64,000 bases of DNA from Candidatus Hydrogenedentota bacterium (GCA_018056705.1 JAGPFE010000006.1:8437-72436), one strand, 5' to 3'. Positions 21,802 to 32,800 are shown, counted from the stretch's first letter. Notes: generated from the sequence alone by a model not told the origin. A program made the numbers and translations.

Positions 21802-23898
21802 TCAGAACCGGTAACTGCTGCCAATGCGCTCCATCACCTGATTCGCCACGTTCCGGGGAGCCGGCTCGTAGCGCAGAAATTCCATTCCGTAACTCGCGCG
21901 TCCCTGGGTCTTGGACCGCAGGTCGTTCGCGTATCCGAACATTTCCGCCAGGGGCACCACAGCCTGAATGGTCTGGTAACCTTCCTCCGTTTCGAGGTGC
22001 TCCAGCCGCCCGCGCCGCCGGTCAAAATCGTTCACCACGTCGCCCGTATATTCCTCGGGGGTAACCACTTCCACCCGCATCACGGGTTCCAGCAGTACCG
22101 GGCCGGCCTTGGCCACAGCTTCCTTGACCGCCAGCGATCCGGCAATCTGGAAGGCCAGTTCCGAGGAATCCACCTCGTGGTACGATCCGAAGGTCAGCGT
22201 CACTTTCACGTCTACCATGGGGTACCCGGTGATGATCCCGCTTCTCATGGCTTCCTGGCAGCCTTTCCAGACCGACGGAATGTATTCTTTGGGGATCACC
22301 CCGCCCACGGTCTTGTCTTCGAACACGTGTCCACCGCCTGGTTCCGCCGGTTCCACCGTAAGAACCACGTGCCCGTACTGACCCCTGCCGCCGGTCTGCC
22401 GGATAAACCGTCCCTCGCCTTCGGCTTTCCGCTGGATGGTTTCCCGGTAGGCTACCATGGGACGTCCCACGTTCGCGTCCACCTTGAATTCCCGTTTTAA
22501 GCGGTCAACAATGATTTCAAGGTGTAATTCACCCATGCCCGCGATGATGGTCTGCCCGGTTTCCTCGTTGACCTGCACCCGGAAGGTCGGATCCTCGTCG
22601 GCCAGCCTGGCCAGGGCCTGTCCCAGTTTTTCCTGGTCCGCCTTGGTGCGCGGCTCGATGGCGATGTGCACCACCGGTTCGGGAAAGGATGCCGGTTCCA
22701 GCATGATCGGCTTGTTCGGATCACAGAGCGTGTCGCCGGTCGTCGTGTTCTTGCAACCGATAACGGCACCGATATCGCCCGCGCGGAGTTCTTTCAGATC
22801 CGTGCGTTCATCGGCGTGCATCTCCAGCAGGCGTCCCAGGCGCTCCTTGCGGCCGGTTCTCGAGTTAAGCACCTGGTCCCCAGCCTCGATGACGCCCGAA
22901 TACACCCGGATGAACGTCAGTTTTCCCACGTGGGGGTCGCTGATGATCTTGAAGGCCAGGGCGCAAAGCGGTTCATCATCGGACGGGTGCCGGATCAACT
23001 TAACATCGGGCCGGTCCGGATGGGTGCCCTCACACGGAGGAATATCCAGGGGCGACGGCAGGTAATCCACGACGGCATCCAGCATCAGTCGAACGCCCTT
23101 GTTCTTCAGGGCGGATCCCGCCGTAACCGGTACCGCTTTCAACGCGATGGTTGCCCGCCGTAGTGCCGCGCGAACATCATCGGGCGTAATCCGCGACTCA
23201 TCTTCCACGTATAGTTCCATGAGGTGGTCATCCACCTCGGCGACCTGCTCGATCATTTCGTGACGATGCAATAACGCCTCGTCGAGCAGTTCTTCCGGAA
23301 CTTCCGTGATGACCTGCTGATTACCCTCGCCCTCGCTGTCCCATCCGATCATGCGCAGATCCACCAGGTCGATGATCGCGCGGAAATCGTCTTCCGCGCC
23401 CACGGGCATCTGCACGGGAATGGGACGGGCACCAAGTCGGGTCCTCATGCTGTGCACCGCCCGGTAGAAATCGGCACCGACCCGGTCCATCTTGTTGATG
23501 AAGGCGATCCGGGGAACCCGGTACTTCTGGGCCTGCCGCCAGACGGTTTCAGACTGGGGTTGCACGCCCGCCACGCCACAGAATACGGCTACCGCTCCAT
23601 CCAGCACGCGCAGGCTGCGCTCCACCTCGGCGGTGAAATCGATGTGGCCGGGCGTGTCGATGATATTAATATGACAGCCCTTCCACTCGCACGCCGTGGC
23701 GGCGGACGTAATGGTAATGCCGCGTTCCCGTTCCTGCTCCATGTAGTCCATGGTAGCGGCACCGTCGTGGACTTCACCCATCCGGTGCAGTCGACCCGAG
23801 AAGTACAAGACGCATTCGGTAACGGTGGTCTTGCCGGCATCGATGTGCGCCATGATACCTATGTTGCGCATCCGGTCTATCGGTAATTGCCTGGGCAT
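21802..23898 (-). CDS. fusA: elongation factor G
   Basis: Start at the ATG (cat at 23896-23898) with a GGAGAAAGAGG RBS, giving [25 protein letters not shown]; the GTG 21 codons upstream is unlikely. Confidence 0.95.
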   Translation of the reverse strand: MPRQLPIDRMRNIGIMAHIDAGKTTVTECVLYFSGRLHRMGEVHDGAATMDYMEQERERGITITSAATACEWKGCHINIIDTPGHIDFTAEVERSLRVLDGAVAVFCGVAGVQPQSETVWRQAQKYRVPRIAFINKMDRVGADFYRAVHSMRTRLGARPIPVQMPVGAEDDFRAIIDLVDLRMIGWDSEGEGNQQVITEVPEELLDEALLHRHEMIEQVAEVDDHLMELYVEDESRITPDDVRAALRRATIALKAVPVTAGSALKNKGVRLMLDAVVDYLPSPLDIPPCEGTHPDRPDVKLIRHPSDDEPLCALAFKIISDPHVGKLTFIRVYSGVIEAGDQVLNSRTGRKERLGRLLEMHADERTDLKELRAGDIGAVIGCKNTTTGDTLCDPNKPIMLEPASFPEPVVHIAIEPRTKADQEKLGQALARLADEDPTFRVQVNEETGQTIIAGMGELHLEIIVDRLKREFKVDANVGRPMVAYRETIQRKAEGEGRFIRQTGGRGQYGHVVLTVEPAEPGGGHVFEDKTVGGVIPKEYIPSVWKGCQEAMRSGIITGYPMVDVKVTLTFGSYHEVDSSELAFQIAGSLAVKEAVAKAGPVLLEPVMRVEVVTPEEYTGDVVNDFDRRRGRLEHLETEEGYQTIQAVVPLAEMFGYANDLRSKTQGRASYGMEFLRYEPAPRNVANQVMERIGSSYRF

Positions 23899-24075
23899 GC
23901 CTCTTTCTCCACCTTGCACGCCGCCACGCGACCGTATCCGCTTCAGGGCATCCGACGTCACGCTCCGTTCATTAATTCAACTTTGCGTACCCGGAGGCGC
24001 CCCGCGCGGAATGACCGCGTGGGGTCACTCTCCTTCTTCATCCAAGACTGTTTCGATTCCTCTCCGCATGACCCC

Positions 24076-24549
24076 TCAGAACCTGAAGTGCGCGAAGGCC
24101 CTGTTGGCCTCGGCCATGCGGTGGGTGTCGTCTTTGCGCTTGATCGTGCCCCCCTGCTTGTTATAGCAGTCCAGCAACTCCCCAGCCAGCCGTTCGCGCA
24201 TCGTCTTCTCTCCTCGCTTGCGCGAGAACTCAATAATCCACCGGAACGCAATGGCCGTGCGGGTTTCCGGGGCAATTTCCACGGGAACCTGGTACGTCGC
24301 GCCACCAATGCGCCGCGACTTCACCTGCAACAAGGGCTTGGCGTTTTCCACCGCCGTGGTAAACACCGTCAGGGGATCCTCACCGGGTACTTTCTCCCGC
24401 AGGATTTCAAAGGCACCATACACGATGGACTCGGCAATGCTTTTTTTACCGCACACCATCACCTTGTTGACAAACTTGGAGACCAGCACGCTGCCGTACT
24501 TGGGATCCGCAACCGGTGTCCGCTTTACGATTTCACGCCGTCTTGCCAT
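24076..24549 (-). CDS. rpsG: 30S ribosomal protein S7
   Basis: 157 aa. Confidence 0.95.
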   Translation of the reverse strand: MARRREIVKRTPVADPKYGSVLVSKFVNKVMVCGKKSIAESIVYGAFEILREKVPGEDPLTVFTTAVENAKPLLQVKSRRIGGATYQVPVEIAPETRTAIAFRWIIEFSRKRGEKTMRERLAGELLDCYNKQGGTIKRKDDTHRMAEANRAFAHFRF

Positions 24550-24644
24550 AACCCTGTTTGTTTCCCGTGGCGGTCTTCTGCCGCTTAGCCATGCTGTGGT
24601 TTGCTTGTGACTGCCTTACTTGAATATCCAGATTGCCCGTTCGA

Positions 24645-25067
24645 CTACTTCTTCGGTTTTTTCACGCCATATTTCGAACGGCTGACCCACCGTCCAACGT
24701 GCACCTTCTTGCCTCCCTGGTCTTTTACCGAGGCGGTACCGCCGCAGTCACCCTGGGCATCCAGCACTCCGCGAATCAGGTGGTACCGCACGCCGGGCAG
24801 GTCCTTCACGCGGCCGCCCCGCACCAGTACCTGGGAGTGTTCCTGGAGATTGTGTCCCACGCCCGGAATATACACGGTGACTTCCATCCCGTTCTTAAGC
24901 CGGACACGGGCCACCTTGCGCAACGCCGAGTTCGGCTTCTTGGGGGTCATGGTGTACACGCGCGTGCAGGTACCCGAAGCCTGCGGGCAACCTTTCAGCG
25001 CCGGCGACTTCGTCTTCGACACCACCATCTTCCGGCAACCCCGGATCAACTGGTTGATCGTGGGCAA
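24645..25067 (-). CDS. rpsL: 30S ribosomal protein S12 (TTG start; ~16-aa insertion near the C-terminus)
   Basis: 140 aa. The start codon read from the DNA is TTG (caa at 25065-25067) with GAGGAG 8 nt upstream. The C-terminus [39 protein letters not shown] is longer than canonical S12. Confidence 0.95.
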   Translation of the reverse strand: MPTINQLIRGCRKMVVSKTKSPALKGCPQASGTCTRVYTMTPKKPNSALRKVARVRLKNGMEVTVYIPGVGHNLQEHSQVLVRGGRVKDLPGVRYHLIRGVLDAQGDCGGTASVKDQGGKKVHVGRWVSRSKYGVKKPKK

Positions 25068-25193
25068 AACACCATCTCCTCATTCGTTGAAATAACGGAA
25101 TGCTTACCAGAATCCACGGTAACGGCTTGTTGGCCGCGCGAGCATGCCCCGCGGGCATCCCGCTGTCACCAAATCCGTGGCAAGTGGAAGCCT

Positions 25194-25222
25194 ATTATAG
25201 CAAATTGGGATCCGGATTTCAA
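25194..25222 (-). promoter_or_regulatory. sigma70-type promoter for the rpsL-led superoperon (TTGAAA-17-TATAAT)
   Basis: On the minus strand: TTGAAA (plus 25217-25222), a 17-nt spacer, TATAAT (plus 25194-25199). This sits ~125 nt upstream of the rpsL start and lies in the 3' end of the upstream thioesterase gene. Confidence 0.6.
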
Positions 25223-25695
25223 GCGGATCCATCGCTTTTTGACGAAAAATTTTCAGTGCCGCCGGTAATTTTCCGGTTTCGACCCGCCACCACCTCCGCC
25301 ACGGTTTCCGGGCGGCGGGTTACCAGGCCCTGCATCGTAGCCACCAGGCCCCCATCCTCCCGGGTTATCTCGATGTCAAACCACGAAAGACGACCCGCGG
25401 CGTACCGTTCCCGGCAGACCGCGGTCAGCACGCACCCCATGGGCACCCCCGCGTGAAAGTGTATGGAACCCTCGACGGCCACCGCCACCTGCCCGCCCGC
25501 GTTCGACGCGACCGCCAGCGCGAAATCTCCAAGGGCAAATAGCACGGCCCCATGGGCCAAGCCCACGCCGTTGCGATGGCGCGTGTCCACGGGCATCCTG
25601 ATCATCGCCAGGCCAGGTTCCGCCTTCTCCACGGTCATGCCGAAATAGGCCGCCGGCGCGTCGCCCTCAAAGTACCGTTTCAGGGTATCATCCAT
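25219..25695 (-). CDS. PaaI/hotdog-fold thioesterase family protein
   Basis: Start at the internal ATG (cat at 25693-25695) with an AGGAG RBS; hotdog core GVGLAHGAVLFALGDFALAVA ... EGSIHFHAGV. Confidence 0.6.
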   Translation of the reverse strand: MDDTLKRYFEGDAPAAYFGMTVEKAEPGLAMIRMPVDTRHRNGVGLAHGAVLFALGDFALAVASNAGGQVAVAVEGSIHFHAGVPMGCVLTAVCRERYAAGRLSWFDIEITREDGGLVATMQGLVTRRPETVAEVVAGRNRKITGGTENFSSKSDGSA

Positions 25696-25876
25696 TTTCT
25701 CGCTCCTATTCAGGACCACCCCTAAAAACCTGTCCCGGAGGTTGTCCCTGCTCAAGCATGAAATCCCGCCAACTGACGCGGGATTCTCGAAGATCGGGCG
25801 GAACCTTCCTTAACCCGCGACGCGCCGGAAACCTGATCCATCCCGGTTCCGGGCCATGGATCACTGCACGGCCTGG

Positions 25877-26764
25877 TTAGAACAGGGGAATCCGGGGAAG
25901 ATTACGCGCCATGGTCGCGAGGTCCTGCAGCAGTTCCAGCCGGTTTTCAGGCGCAATCGGGTACCGGGTCTGGTTCAACACGTCCCAGAGTTCATCGTCC
26001 CCCAAGGCGGTATCGTCCAGCATGGGCCGTTCAAAGTCATCATCGAGGGCGCTCTTGGCCGCCCTGACAATCGCCGCCAGTTCCGGATTCCGGCAGGTTC
26101 TGAGGCTGATTCCATCTTCCCGGTATTGCGCGCCCACCGCGTCCACAAGGCCCTGCGGCAGGTTCCACCGGTCGGTCAGTGCCTGGCCGAGAGCGGCATG
26201 CGAAAAACCGAATGCCGCGCGTTCGCCCGCCGGAAGGTTCCGAAGCGTCTCGTGATGCTCCTGGTAGAGTTTCGCGTACCTGTGTCCTTCCACGGTCAGC
26301 AGGAGCATCTTCCCGATATCGGACAGCAGTCCAGCGATAAACGCGCCATCCTGAAACCCGGGATCGACGATATTGCCCAGTCGCCGGGCCACCGCGCCCA
26401 CGGCCAGGGCATGGTTCCAGATGTCCGACGCGGTCTTCGTATCGATGTCCGCCCCGCGGACCGCGTCAAACAGCGCGATGCCCATGGCGATATCCCGAAC
26501 CTCCCGCAACCCGAGCACCACCACGGCCAGTTTAATGGTACTGACCTGCCGTTTCATGCCGAAATACGCGGAGTTGCTGATCCGCAACACCTTCGCGCAC
26601 AGGGCCGGTTCCTGTTCCAGCGCGTCGGCCACCTCGGAAAGAGAAACGCCATGCCGCTGCACTACTTCCAACACCCGCGCGATCGGCTTGGGCATGGCCG
26701 GGATTTCCGGCAATGCCTCAAACAACCGCGCGATTGCGGCCGCTTCCGACTCTTTCATGGGCAT
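25877..26764 (-). CDS. HDOD domain signalling protein
   Basis: 295 aa with an N-terminal LPEIPAMPKPIARVLEVV...DPALCAKVLRISNSAYFG HDOD pattern. Confidence 0.8.
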   Translation of the reverse strand: MPMKESEAAAIARLFEALPEIPAMPKPIARVLEVVQRHGVSLSEVADALEQEPALCAKVLRISNSAYFGMKRQVSTIKLAVVVLGLREVRDIAMGIALFDAVRGADIDTKTASDIWNHALAVGAVARRLGNIVDPGFQDGAFIAGLLSDIGKMLLLTVEGHRYAKLYQEHHETLRNLPAGERAAFGFSHAALGQALTDRWNLPQGLVDAVGAQYREDGISLRTCRNPELAAIVRAAKSALDDDFERPMLDDTALGDDELWDVLNQTRYPIAPENRLELLQDLATMARNLPRIPLF

Positions 26765-26791
26765 ACCTGATCCCCCAACGGCTCAATTACC

Positions 26792-27628
26792 TTATCTTAC
26801 CAGAAGCACGCTGCTTTGCACATGTTCCAGCACGTAACTGGTCGTGCTGCCCAGCATCATTTCCAGTAGCCGACCATGACCAAACGCGCCCACCACCACC
26901 ATCGCGACGTCCCGTTCCCGGGCAACCGCCACGATCCGCTCCCGCGGATCGCCCTGCTCCCGCACGGTAGTCGCGCGCGCGCCATGATCTCCCGCGTACG
27001 CCCCCGCCTCGTCAACCAGGGCCCCGGCCCGCTGGCCCACCGACAGGATCAACAGTTCCCGGTCCCATTCCCGCGCGAGGGAAACGGCCGTTTTCAAGGC
27101 CTTGCGCGCGTGCGGGCTGCCGTCATACGCCAGCAGCAGCGACGAGGCCTTCGCGATGGGGCCGGCCTCGGCGATCACCATCACCGGTGTCGGACAGCGT
27201 CGCGCCACCGCCCCGGTGATGGAACCCAGCCCGCCCTCCGACCAACGCCGGTTTTCTCCCGTCCTCCCCAGGACGACCAGGTCCCACAGTGCGGCTTCTT
27301 CGCATATACAGCGGGGAACGATGCCGGTCACCATCCGGGTTTCACAGGGCACGCCCGCGCGTTCCGCGATGCCCCGGGCAAGGGCGAGCGCCTCTTCGCC
27401 CCGTTGACGCAACAGGCGGGTAAGATCGGGGGGAACCACGGGAACCGCCAGGCCCGCGCCGGACAGGGCCGTCAGGTCCTTCAGAAAAGGCGCCTCGAGC
27501 AACTTGACATCAATCACGTGCAGGAAACAGATCGACGCCTTCACGGAACCCGCGAAACGTGTCGCCTGTTCCACCGTCCGTGCCGACTGTTCGCTGCCAT
27601 CCGTTGGCGCCAGTACGCGCTTGATCAT
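26792..27628 (-). CDS. universal stress protein (tandem UspA domains)
   Basis: 278 aa with two Usp repeats (..RVLAPTDGSEQS.., ..PVMVIAEAG..). Confidence 0.8.
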   Translation of the reverse strand: MIKRVLAPTDGSEQSARTVEQATRFAGSVKASICFLHVIDVKLLEAPFLKDLTALSGAGLAVPVVPPDLTRLLRQRGEEALALARGIAERAGVPCETRMVTGIVPRCICEEAALWDLVVLGRTGENRRWSEGGLGSITGAVARRCPTPVMVIAEAGPIAKASSLLLAYDGSPHARKALKTAVSLAREWDRELLILSVGQRAGALVDEAGAYAGDHGARATTVREQGDPRERIVAVARERDVAMVVVGAFGHGRLLEMMLGSTTSYVLEHVQSSVLLVR

Positions 27629-27641
27629 CCGGTATTCCGCG

Positions 27642-28265
27642 TCAGGACAGGGTTAACCGGGCAAAGCGTTCCAGTATGGCCAGTCCATCCGCCTGACTTT
27701 TTTCCGGGTGGAACTGGACGGCAAAGATGTTGTCCCGTCCCACCATCGCGGGAAAGGTGATGCCGTACTCACACGTGGCCAGCACATCCTCTTCCCGGGC
27801 GGGCGCGGCATAGTAACTGTGCACGAAATAGACGTACGGCCGGCCATCCGGGGGCAACAGGGGATTGTTCCGTCCCGGGACAGGAACAATCTGGTTCCAG
27901 CCCATGTGAGGCACCTTCAGGCCGGTCTGTTCTTTCGACGCGAAACGAACCACCCTGCCCGGCAGAATCCCAAGGCCCGGACAGCCGGGGCTCTCCTCGC
28001 TCTCCTCGAACAGCAACTGCAGTCCAAGGCAAACACCCAGAAAAGGACGTCCGTTCCGGGCGGCTTCCCGCGTCACGTCCACGAGACCCCGTTCAACGAG
28101 GCCCCGGTAGCCGTCACCGAACGCGCCCACGCCGGGAAGAATCAGGCCCGAAGCCCGCCCTACCACGTCGGGATCCGACGTGATTTCCACGCGGTAACCC
28201 AGTCGATCCAGCGCCTTCCGGACACTGCCCAGGTTACCCATGCCATAGTCAATAATCGCGATCAT
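27642..28265 (-). CDS. hisH: imidazole glycerol phosphate synthase glutamine amidotransferase subunit HisH
   Basis: 207 aa; MIAIIDYGMGNLGSV ... GVCLGLQLLF ... HSYY ... FHPEKS triad motifs. Confidence 0.9.
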   Translation of the reverse strand: MIAIIDYGMGNLGSVRKALDRLGYRVEITSDPDVVGRASGLILPGVGAFGDGYRGLVERGLVDVTREAARNGRPFLGVCLGLQLLFEESEESPGCPGLGILPGRVVRFASKEQTGLKVPHMGWNQIVPVPGRNNPLLPPDGRPYVYFVHSYYAAPAREEDVLATCEYGITFPAMVGRDNIFAVQFHPEKSQADGLAILERFARLTLS

Positions 28266-28879
28266 GTCTCCAGCATACCCTTGGTGGATGGAACGGTGTC
28301 GGGCCTCCGGGGATCAGGCTCTACAGCCTCACGCAACGCGCGGGCCACGGCCTTGAACAACGCTTCCACGCAGTGATGCTGGTTCTTACCCGCCCGCAGT
28401 ACCAGGTGCAGGGTGCAGCGGGCGTTCATCACGAAGGCCCGGAAAAATTCTTCCGTCAGTTCCACGTCGTAACCGCCCAGCCGTACCGGCAACAGGACGG
28501 CGGAAAAAGTCAACCAGGGACGGCCGCTCAGGTCAACGGCCGCTTCCGCCAGGGCTTCGTCCATGGGTGCCACGGCATGGCCGTAGCGGCGAATACCCCG
28601 GGGCTCACCCAGGGCCTGGTTAAAGGCTTTCCCCAGGCAGATCCCCACGTCTTCCACCGTGTGGTGCGCGTCCACCGAGAGATCGCCCCGCGCCTCGACT
28701 TCCAGGTCAAACAGGCCGTGGCGGGCCAGTTGATCCAGCATGTGATCGAAAAAACCGATGCCGGTATTGAGGCGGGAAACCCCGCTCCCATCCAGATTCA
28801 GCCGGATCCGGATACTGGTTTCGCCGGTGACGCGTTCAACGGTCTGTTCACGCATGGGGATGTCTCCGGTTGGGATCAC
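28262..28879 (-). CDS. hisB: imidazoleglycerol-phosphate dehydratase HisB
   Basis: IGPD motifs VERVTGETSIRIRLNLDG and HHTVEDVGICLG. The ORF start is GTG at 28879 (GTGA overlap with the upstream gene); the alternative ATG at 28855 gives MREQTVERV. Confidence 0.9.
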   Translation of the reverse strand: MIPTGDIPMREQTVERVTGETSIRIRLNLDGSGVSRLNTGIGFFDHMLDQLARHGLFDLEVEARGDLSVDAHHTVEDVGICLGKAFNQALGEPRGIRRYGHAVAPMDEALAEAAVDLSGRPWLTFSAVLLPVRLGGYDVELTEEFFRAFVMNARCTLHLVLRAGKNQHHCVEALFKAVARALREAVEPDPRRPDTVPSTKGMLET

Positions 28880-29601
28880 CGACCCACGAGCAGGCGTTCC
28901 GCCAGGAATTTCGGCAGTCCTGCCTCGATCACCTTGGCCGACGCCATCTCGACGGGATATTCCACCCGCACCTGTTCAAACGTGCGAACATCCGTGTCGA
29001 TGATGCCAAAAGCCGCCCGGGGGTCCTCATCCCGGGGCTGTCCCACCGACCCGGGATTGATGAAGAAAATTTCTCCCTCCCGGACGGGGAAAATACCGTT
29101 CCCGTCACATCGGTAGGAGCCGTCCGGGGCGTGAATCGCCGGACAGTGGGTATGGCCGACGAAACACAGGTTACAGTTCTGCTCCTCCATGAATCCCAGG
29201 TGAGGCAGGATATCCTCCCAGGTGAACAGGTAGGCGTTGTGGTTCTTCGGCGCGCCGTGTACCGCCACGAAATCCCCGAAATTCAGGGCGTCGGGCAGAT
29301 TCTTCAGCCACTCCAGCGAACGGTCTGAAAGTTTTTCCCGGGTCCACAGGGCCGCCCGCAATGCCACGGGGTTGAAACCCCAGGGTTCTTCCAGTCCACA
29401 CGCCACCGCGTCATGATTTCCCAGGATCGTCAGGATTTCCCGCTCGGCCAGGAACTCCACGCACTCGTTAGGCGCGGCATTGTAGCCGACCACGTCACCA
29501 AGGCAGAACACTTCATCCACGCCAATGGATTGAATTTTCCGGAATACGGTCTCCAGGGCGTCGATGTTCGCGTGAATATCCGATATTACGGCGTAACGCA
29601 C
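28876..29601 (-). CDS. metallophosphoesterase (calcineurin-like phosphodiesterase, YfcE/Apa-like)
   Basis: 241 aa; GTG start (cac at 29599-29601) with a GGGGAGAA RBS; motifs VISDIHAN, GDVVGYN, GNHD, GHTH. Confidence 0.8.
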   Translation of the reverse strand: MRYAVISDIHANIDALETVFRKIQSIGVDEVFCLGDVVGYNAAPNECVEFLAEREILTILGNHDAVACGLEEPWGFNPVALRAALWTREKLSDRSLEWLKNLPDALNFGDFVAVHGAPKNHNAYLFTWEDILPHLGFMEEQNCNLCFVGHTHCPAIHAPDGSYRCDGNGIFPVREGEIFFINPGSVGQPRDEDPRAAFGIIDTDVRTFEQVRVEYPVEMASAKVIEAGLPKFLAERLLVGR

Positions 29602-29814
29602 GTCCTATGTTCTCCCCGCCTTCTGGAGACGGTTTTTGCTCTGACTGTCATGCCTGTCCTGCCGTTGCGGAACCCGGGATCTCCTGACGGAATCGTGGGA
29701 AACCCTCTCAGCAGGGAATATTGTGCACTGCCGGCCGTTATCGGCGCAAACGAACCAGGCTACCGCCCTCTGCCCGCTCGCTGAAAACGGCTTATGCCAA
29801 TAGCCTTATCCCGC

Positions 29815-32800
29815 TTACAGTTCGTCGGGGTAAATGTCCGGCACTACCTGGACCGGCGTGCTTACGGTGAAATTGACTGTTCTGATCTGGTCCGCCGGAT
29901 TCGTGGCGGCCGGATCCCGCAACGTGAACCCGGGGAAGATCACGCGCACCAGGAACGCGCGCCACCCCTGGCCGACAGCCGGCACATCCACTTCGGCCGT
30001 ATACACGTGTTCTGGCTCCGCCGAACAATCGCAGACTTCCAGTTCCAGATCCTGGCAGTTCAACTCGCAGGACGAGTACAACCGGGTCCTCGTCCAGGCC
30101 GGACCAATCACCTGCAGGCGGAAGTCGCGGTAATCGGGGTTGTAGGCCTGCCACAACTGTACCCGCTCGGGCTGCACCGCCGTGCGCACGGTGATCCGTA
30201 CCTTGTTCTCAAGCGGCAGCGGCGTGACTTCCCACGTGTAACCGGGAAGCCGCACATCGTCTGTCGTGCTGCGGTTCCGGTTCAGGATCTGGGCGTAGTA
30301 AAACGCGAAGATCGAGTTGAGCGTGTCGTTATCCACGTCGGTGCCGCTGCCCGTCAAACCGTGGTCGGTGTTGGGCGCGTAGTACAGGTAATTCTCCCCG
30401 GGCAACAGGTTCCAGTAGAACCGGGACGAATCCGGCAGGAAGAACTGGTCTCCCGTCGAGTTGGCGATCAGTTTCGGCATGTTCAGACGGTTGACATAGG
30501 TAATCGGGTCCACGATCCGGAGCAACGACGCGCTCTCCGGCGTGCCAAACCGCTGGAACACGTTCATTTCCACGTAATCTTTGATCGAGGAAGAATAACC
30601 TCCGAAAATCTTGTACTTGGTGTAATCTCCCGGCGCGTAGCCGCTGTAAGCTCTCCGGTGGTGAACCATCTGCTGTTCCATGTTCAGGACATCGATCACG
30701 ATGGGCACCGCCGCCACCACGCGGGAATCACTCGCCGCGGTCAGCCAGGTGGTCCACCCGCGTTTCGACGCGCCCACCACCACGAAGCCGTCCACGTTCA
30801 CGGGGTTAATCGGCCGGGTTGACAGGTATTCCTGCACCACGTCCATGGCCTTGACCGCCGCCCGGGTCATCGGAAGCAGCACCGGCCAGGTCTTGTCCGG
30901 TTCGCCATTTTCGTAGCCGGTCAGGTACTTGTCGTAACTGTACGCGATGATGGCGTCTTCGGTCCGGGTCCGGGTTTCATCCTTAAACTGCAATGGCTCG
31001 TTCGGCACGGCCTGCAGCAGGGCCACCACGCTGTTGGTCAGGCGCGACGCGTAGGCAATTACGCTGTCCGCCGTGGATGGCATCGTTCCCGTCGACCCGC
31101 CGGAGATCACCAGCATGGCCGTGTTGGCCACCCGGGCACTGTCCACGGGCTCCACGACGGTCAGGTAATGACGCCACACGGGCTGGTAGACTTCGGCCGC
31201 GCCTCGCCAGGTGCCCGAAGTCATTTCGAAGATCCGGGCGTTCACGCCAAGGCTGCTCAGGAACAGGCTGTTGCGCAACTTGTACGAGAAATTCGGATCG
31301 CAACTGTGCGTGTATTCGTCCAGCACCTGTTCCTCGGGAATGTTCAGTGGCGTTTCCGCCACCGCCGTCAGCGACAGGGCGTTCACGTCCAGCAGGCACG
31401 TGTTCGCGGCGATGATGACGATCTCCCGGCCGCAGGTCTCCGCCCCGGGATCCGCCGGGGGCAGTTGCACCCGCATCGTGTCGTTCCGGCCATCCTCGTC
31501 CAGGTCCGCCGCAAGGTAGGTCTGTTCTTCCGTCCCGCCTTCGTCCAGCGCGGTGCCAGCCATGCCTGCGACGTATACCTTCACCGCCATGGAGTTTCCG
31601 TCATCGTCCACCTTCCACGAGGACGTGTTAAAAGCCAGCGTCACCGCCGACGTCAGCGGGTGCAACTGGAGCACCACGGCCCGTGTGGACATGGGCGCGA
31701 TACTGTTCAACGACGGATACTTGCCACCCGAAATTTCCACCGTGTCTGTCGCGGACTGGAACGGCACCCGGATCAAGGCGTCCGCGTCGAAGCGGTCCTC
31801 GTTCAGCGTGAAGGGCGCGCGGGAAGTATCACTGTCCCGTACCGCGGCGGGTGCCGTGTTTTCATAGGCCCGTTCAAAGGCAAACTGGCGATAATAGGCA
31901 CCGAACTTGTGATCCAGCACCTCGTTCAGCACGGTGTACGCAACCCCCAGCGCCTCCGGGTACTGAAGTTCCCTTCCCTCATTCTCAAGTTCATCGAAAG
32001 CCTCCCGTAGCCCCACCAGCATGCCGCCAATCACGGTGTAAGGATCGGGAAACCGGTCTGGATCGTTCTGGAAGTAGAACAGGAATTCCTGTCCGGCTTG
32101 CGCGTAATCCCTGACCGTGCCACTGTAAGGCATGAAAATGGGCTGAGAAAGCCGCAGAAACTGGCCATCCTCGTACGACCGGGCCCGGGACACTTCTTCC
32201 GTATCTTCTCCGATCCATGCCCCGCTCGCCCGGCGGAAACCGCTCAGGAAATGAATCGGCTTAACCTTTCCATCCGGGGTCCGGTCCGCTGGGGTCGGCA
32301 ATCCGAACACCTGGCTGCCAGTGGTCACGATATTCGGGTAATTGTGACCGCTGTACACGGCGTCAAACAGGGCTTCGGTAATAGCGTTCTTCGCGTGAAT
32401 GAACCGCGCGAAATCGGTGGCCGACGGATCCTCGGCCAGTCGCCCGGCATTGCCCTGGGCAATGGACAGCAATGCCGCGGGATCGATCACGAGGTGACCG
32501 AAGAAATCGTCCCGGTAAATCACTTCGGAGAAAACTTCGTATCCCGGCGGATAGATCCCCCGCATGTTATACGCGAGCATGCTGTAGGCGTCATCCGCCA
32601 CTGCCAGCACCGGCCGGCGAATCCCGGCAGCTGCCAGCGAATCGCTCAGGGTCTGCACCGAGGCCAGCAGTTCCAGGGCCGTCTCGGTCAACTGGCTATC
32701 CGAAAAATTCCGCAGGCCGAACGATGCCGGGTTAGACGTGCTGCCCAGGCGAAGCGCGGTCAACTGCCGCAGGAATTCCACGCTGCTGTTCACGCGCCAC

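Noticed and set aside
25856-26770. 304-aa plus-strand ORF
   Set aside because: Antisense to the HDOD gene, which has clear family motifs.
29602-29814. 213-nt gap between the giant lipoprotein gene and the phosphoesterase-his operon as a possible riboswitch or leader
   Set aside because: Only a weak 4-5-bp stem followed by UUUU after the lipoprotein stop. No recognisable T-box or his-leader features.
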